In this document: positions 13,937 through 27,804 of the stretch, in pieces
How the letters are laid out: every line of letters begins with the position of its first letter
Numbering within the stretch: position 1 is the first letter of the stretch
Assembly (NCBI GenBank): GCA_016748015.1
Contig: JAAOMT010000697.1
Location: 1-64,000, forward strand
Length of the DNA: 64,000 nt
Direction: 5' to 3'
Origin: Geosiphon pyriformis uo1
Lineage: Eukaryota > Fungi > Glomeromycota
Notes under the pieces: model-generated
Database searches by the model: none
What the model saw: only the letters and a program-made list of their open reading frames with translations
Told to the model about the DNA's origin: nothing
Made by a program: the position numbers and the translations under genes

Positions 13937-14760
13937 AAGAAAAGATATTATGTTCTAAATCCAGAAATAACTATCAAATTATACCTCTTTTATTTGTTAT
14001 CCAATTTTTGTCAGAGTTATAACCAATTTCCTGTTCAAAGAATATGTATATATAGATTTCATAAGTTTTGCCAGTTTCATTAAAGAAACAGTTTTTAAAT
14101 TTTTATGTTACTGATGATTTTAAATTTAATAATTTATAAATAACAATATATGTGGTGTGTTGCAACTAAATGAACCTGTAATGTCATTTAAGGCATCAAG
14201 TTTTAAATATTACTTTTATTATTATCTAAATTGTGTTAGTTATAAAATTCCAGTTCTTAACTTCATTTTTATAACATAAAATCTTATTAACAATATAAAA
14301 TGTAATCTTATTTTAATTGATTTTTGTAAATTATAAAAAATATAGTTTTTTTTATTTAAATTGTTAATTTTACTTTTTTTTTAGCTATAATTTTTTAAAA
14401 ATGATCTTTTTTTATCTATATTAGCATTAAAATATTTTTTACAAAGTATTATTTAATTTTGGTAGCTTTTTTTTAATATAAAAGTATTTATAATTTGTTT
14501 AAAAATATTTTAATATTTAATTTATTAAATTAAGCAAAAATATTAATTATTTAAATTCATAATATCTATTATTATTATATATATTGAAATAAAAATCAAA
14601 ATATATACAACAAAAATTAAAAATTAATTAATATCTTTCTCTCGTCAATCCCCTGGCCACACCGAGAGCAAAGTTATTCTGCCAAAGAAGTACATTTCCT
14701 TTATTCCTTTTCCCTTTTGTTTTCGTCGCTATTTCTTTGAACACACCTATATTTGTGACT

Positions 14761-16695
14761 ATGGATCCGGCTGGCTCTTCTGCTGGTGTTTCGGGCTCGA
14801 TTTTGACTGGGTTGGGGTTCCGGTCAGGCTCTAAAAAGAAGGCTCGCGTTGAGAGTGTTTACTCTCGTGGTGCCTCTTTCAAAAAAGTGAGGAAACCTGT
14901 CGTGTCCGGTACCATGATAGATTCTTCAGCTGGACTTTTGTATGCAGACCTATTGCTGGCTGATGGCAGTGAACATAAGGCATCTTGGGGTAGTGAAGTG
15001 GAGAACAAGAGTAACAATGTCAGTGAGGTGTCCGACTTGGAGGATATGGAAAACTTGGTTGCCGAAGAAACTAGTTACATTGATTCCAATGCCTCTGGAA
15101 ACGATGACTTGATGGATGACGTTACTCCAAGGAAGACGAGAACAAGGACGTATGTCTTAGACAAGCCACCGAAACAACCTTTTTTCAACCTGGAAAACGA
15201 CGACAATAGTGTTTTGGAGCTCTCTCCTTGCATGTTTGTTGGGTCCAATTAGTTGCCGCCACTCAAGTCACGTGGTTTAGAGTGTCATCGTTTCGAGCCA
15301 GTAAAATCTTTCGCTTTGGATGTGGAGTTGTCAGCTGTGCCTGGAAAGTCAAATAGTGATAAGTTATTTAAGATCAAAAAGATTTTTTATAAAATTGATG
15401 GTTTTGGGGGTGCTTCAACTCCCTCAAAATTTCCTGGAGTCATTAAGTCAACTTTCACAAGTAAGTCTAGTTTGGTTAAGGCTAGAGAGTTGGTAATCTG
15501 TAAAAAAATCATTGTGAATGATAATCTCAAAAAAGTAAACATTCATTCGAATTGGAAGGTGATTGTCAAGGAGATCCCAGTGGATTTTCCCAAATTGGCA
15601 GTGGATTGGGTGTTTTTTAAATTTGGAAAAATTGTGTCAATCAAGATGCAGCTTATTGGTCTTTGGTAAAAAACTTTGGTGGAATTTGAATCATCAGAGG
15701 TAGCTGATTTGGTCGCAGTTAGATGGTTTGTTTTTGTGGAAAAAGATTCTGTTTGTGTGGCAAAAGCTGTTGATAATTAACAAATGTGGGTATCTAGGGA
15801 TCAGCATCGGGTGTTGCTTTACACTCTTTCAGTTGGCACCACCATCCATGATTTGTCTGAATTGGTAGAATTATATGGTGAGAAAACTTGTCATATTGGC
15901 CATAATCCTAATTTGTATGTTCATAATAGATGTGTTGTAATTTGTTTTGGTGATGAGGCATCCAAGTTGGCTGCTATTGGTACCATTCCAGTTTTTAAAG
16001 ATGTAAGTTTGCATTGGGCTGGTTTTTTTTTGGCCAGTTGCACTCGTTGTAAACAATTTGGTCATGTTATGGTCAACTGTTCCTTGGGTGAGTATTCTGG
16101 TGTTTGAGAAAAGAGGGTGGTTTCTGAACAAGATTGGATTTATTTAGCTAGGATATATAAGAAAAAGTTGGCTCCTATTGCTCGTCTGGTTTCATTTGGT
16201 GGTAAAACATAGGCCCAAGTTGCTGGTGGCTCTTCTTCTTGTGTGATTTCCTCTCATTCTGGTTTGGCTCATTCTTCAATGGTGACTGACTTTCCTACTG
16301 TTTCTCATTTGAATGACTGGCTGGCAATTTTGGAGCACTCTTTGGAGCTTTTGACTGACCGTGTTTCTGGCATCTTGGTTTGACTGGAATCTATTGATTT
16401 GGTTCCTATGGTGACTCCTTCTCTGAGTCTTCTTTCTGTTGTTTCTGAAACTTTGACTTCTAATGTGGATTCTGATATGATTATGGATACTGCTTTGGTC
16501 TTGTCTGGTGCTCCTTCGTCTGTCATTCATGATGCTGTTGTTGAGCTTAGCTCTAGTAGTTCCAAAGTCCTTACTGCCAAAGTGGGTGGTTTGAAAACAA
16601 AATTGATTGCTTTGGAGGCCTCAGTTGGTTCAGTTTTGGATAAGTTAAATATCCTGTGCTCTGGTTCGGGTCTGTCAGTTCTCCTGTCTTCTTAA
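14761..16695 (+). pseudogene. LINE ORF1 (gag-like: RRM-like domains, CCHC knuckle, coiled coil)
   Basis: One reading frame broken only by stops. Contains VIVKEIPVDF...FKFGKIVSI and CTRCKQFGHVMVNC. Confidence 0.88.
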
Positions 16696-19600
16696 TGACT
16701 TACTTAATTTGAAAAATTGTCACATGTAATGTCAGGGGTATAAACAATTCTGCAAAACAGAAAGATGTCATTTGTTGGCACAAGGATATGAACAATTTGA
16801 TTTCTATTGTTACCGAGACCAAGCTAAAGGGTAAGGTCTGTCCATGGATTGCAACTAAGTTTGATGGTGTTCGAGTCTTTACCTCAGATCAAGATTCTGG
16901 TAATCTGGATTTGGGTGTTGCTATTGTTGTGGACAATTCTCTGGCTCATCATGTGTGTAAGATTTCTGAGGTGCCTGGTCAGCTTCTCTCGATTAAGTTG
17001 CTTTTTAAGAACAAACTTTCGGTATTGATTTTGGGGCTTTATGCTGATGCTTCTCTGACAACTCATTTCTCTCAAGCCAGTGAAGTCAATTCCCTGATAG
17101 CTAGAGCTGTAAATGAGTCTTCTTTTGTCATTTTGGGTGGTGATTTCAATGAAGATGGCTTTCGCAGGTGTGCTAGTTTTAAGAAGTGTTTGGATTTGGG
17201 AATGATCAATTCTCTGGCAAGGAATTTATTGGCGAAAAGTCCTATCTGGAAAAATTCAAGGGGTGTTGTAAGAACTATTGATTATGTGTTCATTTCATCA
17301 AATTTGGTCAATGCAATAGTGAGCTGAGATGTTTTGGATGTTAGTGAGTATTTTGATACTGATTATCAAGTAGTTTGTGTGTCTGTGGGTTTAGGTGGGC
17401 TTTTGGATATGCATTTGAACTCTCTTCATAAGCAGGCGAATAGAGATCGATAGAAGTTTAACATTAGGAGTGCTGATGAGAGTAAATGGGACAATTTTAG
17501 GTGTGCCACTTTGGCCAACACAGCAATGTTCTCAGATAAGTTTGTCACCTCTGTAAGATTCTCAGATTTGGATGTGATGTGGGACATTATTCACGAAGTC
17601 ATGGTGCTTTCAGCTGATGGTACTTTCAAAAAAAAATGGTTCAAGGACTTTGATAGAGTTTTTTTTAAGAAATCCTCAAAGTTTCATAAATTAGAGCTTT
17701 TGGTTTCTAAGATCATTAAGGCATCGCGTAAGAGAGATGTTGTTGGTTTTGTTTCTTTCATGGATTGTTAGGCTTCTCTGGATGGTGTTAAGGCTTTAAT
17801 CATTCAGAATCTGATGGATTCTGGTATAGACTCTGGTCATGTCCTTTCTGCTTTCTCGAGTACTCGGAAATTATATCATGCATCTAAGCTCATTGAGTCT
17901 CAAAACGCCAAGGAGACTAACATTAAATCAGCCATAGATAGGAGAATAGAAAGCTTTGAAGTCAATAAAGGTCATACAATAAGAAGTGTGCTGAAGCACC
18001 CATTTCATAAGATGGTGCTTGACTACTTGGTTGTTGATAGTGAGCTGGTTTTGGAGCCTGATCAAGTTATGAGCAAGGTGGATGTAATCATGGAGGATTA
18101 GACTAGGAAGCGTCAGGTGGTCGATAATATGTCAAGCGAATGGTGTCACCAATATCAGCCTTTGGAGTGTGTTTTTAATAAGGCTTTTTCAGAGGTAATG
18201 TGTCCGATTGGTTTTGATGAGTTGTTTGGGGTGGTTTCTGTTCTTTCTGATGGTAAAGCTGCTGGTCTATCGGGTATCTCAAATGAGCTTTGGAAACATT
18301 GCAATAGGTCTGTCTTGGAAATGTTGTTGGTGCTTTTGAACACTTGCTTGGCTGGTGAATCAGTGCCTGGCTCATGGAAAGAGGCCTGGGTTTCAATGAT
18401 TCCCAAGCCTTATGAGTGGGAGGGTGTTCTGACAAACACACATCCTATTGTTTTGATCAAAACAGCTCGCAAGATTCTTTCCAAGATTCTTTCTGATAGG
18501 ATTTCTGCTGCATGCAGTACTTTCAATGTTCTTTATGGGGACAATTTTTCAGTTTTGAAGAGTACAACTACTCAGTCTCCCATTTTTGCGATTGGTTCAG
18601 TAATTGAGGATGCTCTGGAAAAGAACTGTGAGTTCTGGCTGGTGCTGCAGGATATGAGGAAGGCTTATGATTCAATTGGCTGGGAGCATCTTGAAAAAAG
18701 CCTGGTCAGGATTAAAATGTGCAGCAAGTTTATTTGGTTTTTTGGTAGTATACACAGAAGTCGCACCAATCGAGTGATGACAGATTTTGGTTTAACTGGT
18801 GGTTATCATGTGTATAATGGCTTAGATTAGGAAGAAGTTTTTTCTCCCCTTCTGTGATGCATTTTCTATGATCCTTTGTTGTGTGAAGTCAAACGTCAGG
18901 AGAGTGTGTGTGGGTATAGGCTGAATTCGTACTTTATCTCTAAAAATGGGCATGCTGAGATTCGGACTGGACTTTCTTCCTTTTTTGCCACTGGTGCTTT
19001 TGTCAATAATACAATTTGGGTTGGTAACAGTCAAGCTGCCACTCAGCACATTCTCAATGTTGCCAGTGAATTTTTTCAGGTCAACAATATCTCTATTAAC
19101 AATGACAAAACAGTGGCCATTCCCATCAATAGCAGAGTCAGCAGTCCCTCCCTTTCTATTAGTGGCTTACCCATTTTTGTTGCTAAGAAGGGGGAATCTT
19201 ATTAGTATCTGGGTATTTTTCTTTCAACTGAGGGTCTTTTGAAGCTGAGCTTGGTTAAGGCACATTTAGATGTTCACTTTTTCATCAATTTGGTTCTGAG
19301 AAAAGCTATTTCAGATAAACAATTCCTATACTTGGTGTTGGCGGTTCTCCAGTTCATAATCAGTTATCGGACACAATTTAGTTTTATACTGGTTGGTGTT
19401 TATGCCAAGTGAGATGCTTTGGTCCACAAGGGCTTGAAGCTTAAGTCTGGCCTTCTGTTTAATTTTTCCAGTGATACACTGCACTACTCTTCATTTTATG
19501 GTTTGAAATCTTTCTCGCAGGTACAGTCTAAGTATAAAGTGGCCTCTCTTGTCAGTTTTGTGAACTCTGGTGGGATCTTGGGTCACTTATTTTCTCACAG

Positions 19601-21380
19601 ATCTCATGACTTGCAAGTTCGGTGTTAGCATCCTATTCATCCATTAAATTCTTCTGTTCGAGTTAATATCAGTGCTTCCAACAACTTTTTGGCAGGCTTG
19701 GTCCATATTCTTCTTGACTGCAATTTGTCTCTGGGTGGATCTTTTGTTAGTTCTTTTCGGTCTAATGGTAGTGCATCTATGTTTACTGTTTTGGGCAAAT
19801 CTAAGTTTTCCAAGTTTCTTCTTTCTCTCCGTCAGTTTAGCATTGCCTTTGTTGATCAACTTCGTGATCGTCATGGTGCCATCTTTGACTGATATACCTT
19901 CAAGTAGTGGAAGAGGCTGGACCCCCGTGGCCCCATTCTGGAATGGTTCAGACTTGCTACTGCATTTCTCAATGATGCTTCTCTCCTTTCTGGTAATCTG
20001 TTTGTCTCAGATGGTGCTGTTTATTAAGATATTCTTGGTTCTGCTGATTATGTTTCTGTTTGTGGTTGTCTTTCTTAGGTTGTTTCTGGTAGCTTGTCTG
20101 TTTACATGGACAGATCTTTAAGAAGTTTGGGTACTGCTGGTTGTAGAGCTGGTGCTGCTGCTTTTTTCGAGGACATTGGTTTGGGTTTGAGAGTTGGTGT
20201 ATCAGGCTTGATGTTATCCACCCTTGCAGAATTGCAGGCTATTGCATTGGTCATGGAGTGTGTTCTTTCGTCCTGTTTCATTCGTGTGTTTTCTGATAGT
20301 CAGTCTGCTTTGAGTGCTTGTGAGTCAGAAATGGATCTTGTGTGTCCTGGCTTTTGCAATCAGTGTTGGGTCAAGCATCAGCATATCACTAATGTTATTT
20401 GTAGTAAAAATTTGAGAGTTAGTTGGCACAAGATCAAAGGTCACTCTGGCGTTTCTGGTAATGAGCGTGCTGATGAGATTGCTGGCATTGTCTTTCTTTC
20501 CAGTTGGCATCTGCATTCTTGCTTGGATGAACATTTTCTGGTGGCTGACGGTAGTGTGGTTTCGGGCAATTCGAGACACTTTGTTCGTGATATTTGCCAA
20601 TTGATTTGTCGTGCACGCTGGGAAGTTGGTTCTGGTACTAGGTTTTTGAAGGATGATTTGCTTTTTGATGTTGACTGGTTCCGCTCTTCTATGGTCTGGC
20701 ATCCTGACTTACATATGGCCACCAGCTCTACTAGCAGGCCCTCGGCTAATGCTTGTACCTATTTCATGAAGGCTCTGCATTACCAGTTACCTGTTGCTGT
20801 GAGGAAGCATCTTTATAATAAATGTTACTCTAGTGTGCTGTGTTTATATTGTGATGATGTGAAGTCTTTGGACCATGTGTTCTTTTGTAAGGTCGATTTT
20901 GCTTGTAGTCAGATATTAGATTCTCACATGACTTCTTGGAAGGCTCTTACTGGTTTGTCACTCTTCTCGTCAGTTGTAATACAGCTTTTATTATCTTGTG
21001 CTTCTGATTTCCCTGTGTTCATGGCTCTTTGCAAGAGTTTTGTGTTTAATGATTGGTTTCATGAGGCTGTTTTTGTGTTCCATAATCCCAAAATTGCAGG
21101 ATTGGAGGTGGTTAAGTTTGTGTACTCTCTTGGTCTTGTTTTTAGGGATGATGTTTGGATGGTTCGTGTTAAGTATCGTGCTTATATGGAGAAGACCAAG
21201 TTGATTCCATTGGATGGTTCAACACCTGTTTCAGTCTCTGGTCTGGTTTTGGGGTTTTTTGCTAGTGTTGTCAAGCTGCTTGGCATCACTGAGGCTGTAG
21301 GCATTTGTTTTGGTTTTCATACACCATGTTTATTTTTTTCTGGTGTAGGCAGTTTAGTTTTGGTTCGTATATTTGAGTAG
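16695..21380 (+). pseudogene. LINE ORF2 (APE endonuclease - RT - RNase H - Zn finger)
   Basis: APE: TCNVRG, VTETKL, LGGDFN, TIDYVF. RT: KAAGLSGI, QDMRKAYDS, AFVNNT (DD mutated). RNase H: VYMDRS, AELQAI, SDSQS, KIKGHSGVSGNERAD. Zn finger: CLYC..DHVFFC. Confidence 0.93.
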
Positions 21381-21599
21381 TATTGTTCTGATTGGCCCGA
21401 GTGGCTGGTCATGTGTAGACAATGCATGATTCATGCCTAGTATAGATTATTTTCTTGATGTGTAGCTCTAGGTAGTGTTTGGATCTCACTCGTAAAATGA
21501 AATAAAAAAATATATATATATACAAATTTAAACAAAAATAATTTTTTAAAAAAAGCTTTATTTTTAATTTTAAATCAAATATTTATTAATTTTTAATAT

Positions 21600-24500
21600 A
21601 TATTCTAAAATATTTAAATATATTATAAGAATTTTTTTGTTATTTTTAATTTTTAATATTGTTTATTTATAGTAATATATATAACAACAATATTAAATAT
21701 TAAAACTTTAAACAATTTTTATTTTACAATATCAACATTTTTTATATTAATTTTATATTAATTTTTATTGATTTCTATACAAAAATCTTTAAAACTGTAT
21801 TTAAAAAACCACTAAAACCAATAATAACATAAACAGTATTATAATTAATATTAAAAAACTTATTTATATATATAATTTTTTTGTTAATTAATGCATTTAT
21901 TAAGTTAAATAAAATAAAAATAAAATCAATAATCTTTTTAATGTTTTTAGAATTTTTTTATATAGGAAACTTAATAAATAAACTACCTATTAAAGAATTA
22001 ATTAAATTCAAATTTATATATTTTTTGAAATTGGTACTGTATTTAATATTATTCTTGTTAAAATTATTCTTCAAAATAACAAAAATACTCTCATTAAAAA
22101 CATTAACTATAAAAAAATCAATAAAAATAACTTGGTTTAAATAATTTTCTAAAGATATATCAATATATAGTTTTAATACAAAAACTGATTATTTGTTTTT
22201 AAACAATAAATAAATTATTAAAAATCTATTAGAAATCTTTAAAATTTTTAAAATGTGTTTAGCTAAATATTTATTTATAATTAAAGCAATATTAACACTC
22301 AAATAAGTTAAATTCAAACCAAAAATAAACATTTTTATATCTGTGAATTTATTTACAATTTACAGTATAATATTGAAACAAAGCTTTATTTTAATAATAA
22401 TTAAAATATTATTTTTTAATTCTTTATACTACTTAATAATATTATTTTATTTAATAAGAACATTTATATTTCTAATATTACATATAACTATTTTTTAAGT
22501 TAAGTTACTTATTGAAAACAGAAAAAAAATATCATACTACTGTCCAAACAAAAAAATTCTAGTTTATTTAAGATTGTTTTAATTAAACTCTTTAAAAATA
22601 TTATATTGGTTTTTAAGTTATTAATTTTGGCAGTTAAGATTTTGGACTCATTAGAAAAAATATTTTTTAATACAACAGTATTAATTAGTAATATTTAGAA
22701 AACTTATAATGATACAACAGTAACTAAAATCAAATTTGGCTTAGCAAATTATGTGAATAGTACTACAATATTTGAAAATATTAAAAAACAAAATATATTT
22801 AATTTAAAAAAAATTTTGACTATATAGTTTAAAAAAAGCTTTAAGAAGTATTTCAAAACACTTAGTCTAAAAGACAAAATCAAAGTCACAAAAACACTAT
22901 TAAAAATATTAAGCAAAAAGTTTATTAAAAAAGTATTAATTAATAACATAAATAGAGAATTATTTGAAATATTACTTATTATAAAAGTCTAAGTAACACT
23001 ACTAAAAAACACTAAATGAAACATTAAAGCTTGTTTTTTAGTATAAATTAAAATAAAATGTTTTTTGTTAAAATCAAAAAAATTTTTTTTTAAACTTTAA
23101 CCAAAAAACTTTAAATTTAGTTTATAAATACTAAAAACATAATTGTTTTTTTTATACTTAGTACAAATTGGACTAAAGAACTCAGCTTTGTCTTTGGGAG
23201 GCCCTCTAGCTTGTGCTTTTTGTCATTGATGTGGTACTCCTATGTCTTTGGTTCTTGGTGAATCCTGTTTTTTCAAGTGCGTCCCTTTGCTTAGGCGTTA
23301 TGGAATTGCTTTCGTGGAACAGCTTTGTAACTGTAATGGTGATGTTTTCAGTTGAAAGACCTTCAAGCGTTGGAAGAGGCTGGACTCTCATGGCCCAGTC
23401 CCTTTCTGGTTTAATCTTTCTATTCGCTTTCTTGGTAGCATCATGCCTCTCTCCTCAAGTTCTTCTTTGGTGAATGGTCATGCTGTGTCTGATATTCGTC
23501 TTTCTTATGATTTTGGTGTGATTCATGACACTTTGCCGACCATTGATGCTGCCTGTCTTTCTGTGTATACGGATGGATCTCTTTCTGGTCTGGGCACTGT
23601 TGACATAAAAGCAGGTGCTGCCATTTTTTTTGAGGACATTAACTTGGGTTTGGGTGTTGGGGTGTCTGGTTTGGTTTTTTCTACTCTGACAGAACTGCAG
23701 GCCATAGTTTTGGCCCTTGAGTGTGTTCCTTTTTCTCGTTCGATTGACTTGTTCTCGGATAGCCAGGCTGCGTTGGATACATGTAGATTGGAGTCTTCAC
23801 TGGTTTGTTCGGATTTTAGGAACCGCTGTTGAATCGAGCGTCGTCACATTGCCACCGTTATTCATCAAAAGAATTTGGATGTGAATTGGGTTAAGGTGAA
23901 AGGTCATTCAGGTGTCTCAGGCAATGAGCATGCTGATACGCTTGCCAAAGGTGCTGCTTTCTCTGCTTGGCGTCTACCTCATTTAGTCAGTGAACGTTTT
24001 CTATGTGCTGGTAGTACAGCAGTTTCTGGTAACTCTAGACACTTTGTTCGTGATGTTTTCTGGTCAGTTCATCGAGCTCATTGGGAGATTGGAGTTGGTT
24101 CTCGTGTTGTAGATGATAGTTTACGTGCTGATATCAATTGGTCTAAGTCTTCTATGGTGTGGCACCCCGATTCTCACTTGGCATCCGGTTTTACCAGCAT
24201 GTGCACAGCAGGCTGTCATACTTACTTTATGAAGGCTCTCCATTATCGGCTTCCTGTTGCTGTGCGCAAGTGTTTATATGATAGGAGATACCCCAATGTG
24301 ATCTGTCTGTTTTGTGGTGACATTGAGACCTTGGATCATGTTTTTTCATGTCCTCAGGATGCCATAGGCCGTGCTCGGTTGTTGGGCACACATGCTTCGG
24401 CTTGGGAGGCTCTTTCTGGTCTGTCTCGCTCTTCTTTATGTGTCTCACAGGCATTGGCTTCTTGTGTTTTTGAGGTTGGGGTTGGTGTTGCTCTGTGTAA

Positions 24501-25857
24501 GAGCTTTGTTTTCGATGAATGGTTTCATGAGTCTGTCTCAGTCTTTAAAGATTCTAAGGAGGATGCTAAGAGGATTGTAAGCTTTGTGCGTAAGTTTTGT
24601 CTAGCATTTCGGGATGATGTTTGGTTAGTCTGGACCAGACACCAAGCGTTTATGGAAAAGCACGGTTTGATTCTATGTGATGGCTCCGCTCCTGCTTCGG
24701 TTTCTGGTTTGCTTAAGGTGTTCTCAGCTGGTGTGGTCAGATTGCTGAGGGTGGCTGAGGCTTTTGGAGTTGGTTTCGGGTTTCGTAAGTTTTGTCCATT
24801 TTTTTCAGGTATTGGAGATCCAGTTTCTGTGCATATAGGTGTGTAATGTAGTCCTGACTGGCCCGAGTGGCTGGTCACATGTAGAAAACGCATGATTTGC
24901 ACCTAGTTTAGATTATTTGTATGATGTATAGCACTAGGTCACATTTGGACCTCACTCGTAAAAAAAAAAAAAAAAAAAACTCAGCTTAAGTTAGACTTAT
25001 ATCTTTAAAAACTGTTAAAAAAATAACAATATTTCTAGTTACAATAGAGTTAAAATACACAACAATATAATATACTTATATATCTAAAATAAGATTATAA
25101 GCAATAATACATATTTTTTTATTATATAATAAAACCAAATTAAAAATATTATAAACAGTTATGTTTATTAGCAATATATAAAAAAAAACATAATAACAGT
25201 TTTTATTATCCTATAATTATTTGTTAATATTGGCTTTTATTATGTGTATCAAGTCTTTATTCAAGAGAATTAACTATTTAAAAAACATTAAATTAACAAT
25301 TTTAAAATTTTCAAACTTAACAAGCATTTTTTGTTAAAAATCAATTAATTATATTTTAATAAAAATTAATTAACTATATTTAATAAAAACAATTTTGTCA
25401 AATTTAAATAATATTGTTTTAAGCACTAATTTAAAAAGATTTACTAAAATTTTTTAATCTAATCTAATATTAATTTTTTTCAAATTAATATTAACCAAAA
25501 CTTTTTTATTTATAATTAACTACTTAATAGCTTTTAAATTAACTTTAGATATAAATAATATTTTAATAATGTTTTGGAATTTTAAGAAAGTTAATGTTCT
25601 TTCAAAACCATCAATTTAATAAAAAAGTTTCTTAATAAATTTTACTTTTTTATTTAAAAACTTATTAAAAATTATAGTAAAATCAACATTTAATACAAAT
25701 AATTTGATTGGTTTAAAATTTCTACTTTTTTTGATATTTACAATTATATGCATATTGGTACTAATAAATATAAGCAATAATAGTTTATTATTCTTTAGTA
25801 TATTAAAAAACAGTTTTTTAGAAAGTGCAATTAAATTATAAGTTTTAGTATAAATGT
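21600..25857 (-). mobile_element. Old, AT-converted LINE (ORF1 to endonuclease), interrupted by a younger LINE and abutting a solo LTR
   Basis: 25616..25903 RNFKPIKLFVLNV...KFIKKLFY matches ORF1. The frame PVFKDISL...CTK is continuous across the 23189-24977 insertion. Confidence 0.7.
23189..24977 (+). mobile_element. Young 5'-truncated LINE with poly(A) and target-site duplication
   Basis: RNase H (VYTDGSL...KGHSGVSGNEHAD), Zn finger CLFCGDIETLDHVFSC, 3'UTR and a ~20-nt poly-A. TSD AACTCAGCTT at 23179-23188 and 24978-24987. Confidence 0.95.
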
Positions 25858-26811
25858 TGTTAGAAATGATTATTTGGGGTCTCAAATCAAATAACAAACC
25901 CATAACTTGATGCTTAATAGCTAATTTTGTTGATAATATCTGAAGGTTTTAGTTGTTTGAAGATTTTAATTGGAGTTTTTTGTATAATAGACAGAGATTC
26001 AAATGTGGTTTTTTTTTAGTGATATTTCAAGTGTTATTTTCAGATTAATGTGTCCATTATTTTCCGAAATTGCAATTCCATCAATTTTTTTCTTAGCATG
26101 GTAATCAATAATCTCCTGGTAAGCTATCCTCAAATCTGAATATCTATTCTTATTCCCGAGTCTTTTACTAGTGCTATATCCTGATGTTTGTAACTTAGTA
26201 CTTAATTTTTAATTGATTAGTATACAACAATAAAAGAGAAAATAAAAGAAAGAAGAGAAAATAAAGAAAATAAGCCAAGACAATTAAGTTAGTATTCCGT
26301 TAATAACCATAATCAAGAGCTATTGTTCTAATATAGTTAAGTATTAGCAGCTATCAACATGAAGTGTTAATAGTTTAGAGTTTTAATGAATATTTACAAT
26401 TCAATAATAACAATATAAATTGGATATAGATAAGTATTTTATTAATATTTTGATGATTTCACTTCAGTAGATATGAACTATCCTTAAAGTGATTAGTCAA
26501 TAGATAAAAAAGAAAGTTCAAACTAAGAAATCTGTTTTTTTTGCTTCTAATGCTACTGCTATATATACATATTTGAGATTTCTTAATTTCTCAATTTTTT
26601 CTATCAGGAATCTTAGAATTTCTGGAATCCTGCAATTTTTTAAGAAGAATTCTGAAATTCTGAAATCCTGTAATTTCTTGTATGAAAATCTTGTAATTTC
26701 TGAAATCCTGTAATTTTTTTGAGAAGAATTCTGGAATTCCATATTTTATTATGTCTACTTCTAATTGGCTATTATATATACTACTATGATTCCTATATTC
26801 TATGAATAATA
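25858..26811 (-). mobile_element. Gypsy solo LTR, type-A U3
   Basis: Decayed termini (tgttag.../...gaataata), the conserved core at 26290-26370 and GAATTC repeats at ~26577-26741. No PBS or PPT next to it. Confidence 0.85.
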
Positions 26812-27769
26812 ATACTTTAATTAATAGAGATAACCATAGTCTTTTCATAATTTATATTTAAAGTAAAAAAATTTTTAATAAATAAATTCACATTAATTTT
26901 AAAAAAAAAAGAAAAACAGATATTATATTATTTTTTATAATAAAATTCAGAATTTTAGAAGTTTTTTATTATATTAGTATTGATTTTTTTGATTTTAAAA
27001 ATATTTGTTATAAAATTAAAGTTGTTTTTATCTTTATTATTTAATTTATTATAATTATTAATAAAAAAAAGGCCATTTTTATTATGATTAAACTCAGTTT
27101 TTATATTAAAAACACATTAATATTACTAAAAGATTTGTTTAAAGACATATTTTTATTATTATTTGAGTATTTAATATTATTAACCAAAATTTTTTATTTT
27201 TATAAGAATATATTATTAATAAACCATAAAAAAATTCTTTGGTTTTTTTTTTAGATATATTACTGCTTATAACAACTGTTAATTCTATTATAAATGATTT
27301 TTTTTTGTAAAATTGTAAATAAAGTATTAAAATTATAAAACTAAATTTTTTTTGTGGTTTTTTAAATTATTAAAAAAAATTAAATTTTAATAAAACCAAT
27401 TTTTTTTACATTAGTTTAAAATATTATAAAAACAGTTATATTTAAAACAATATTATTATTTGGTTAAAAAAATGTTTTTTGGCTTAAAATACAAGAAAAA
27501 ATATTATTATTAATTTATAATTATTGTTGTTTTTCTGTTTTAATATTTTTACAATATTAATTTTATATATATATAAAAATTAAAATTTATAAAATTTTTG
27601 TTTAAAATACAAAGTTTTATTAGTTTGTTTTAATTTTTTTTAGTTTTAACCAATATTTATTATTTTTTTATAACACATATTATTGTTATTATTGTACAAT
27701 TTTAATTTTTTTATTAAATACTAAAAATAAACTATTAAAAATATATGTAATTATTTTTAGTTTATTAAA

Positions 27770-27772
27770 TTT

Positions 27773-27804
<32 letters not shown>

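Larger units (their letters stand above)
14634..21510 (+). mobile_element. Full-length non-LTR retrotransposon (L1/Tad-like LINE with RNase H), inactivated
   Basis: 5'UTR, ORF1, ORF2, a ~110-nt 3'UTR and an A-rich tail. Scattered in-frame stops; much higher GC than the flanks. Confidence 0.95.

Noticed and set aside
14590-14640. TSD for the full-length LINE
   Set aside because: Both flanks are low-complexity AT; no unambiguous duplication can be assigned.
21385-21495. Hammerhead ribozyme in the LINE 3'UTR
   Set aside because: CTGATTGG/CTGACTGG is not the CUGANGA core, and the GAAA/NUH geometry does not fit.
15871-24902. Antisense and alternate-frame ORFs over the LINEs (similarly over the Gypsy pol and host exons)
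   Set aside because: These are shadows of the real coding frame with no independent motifs.
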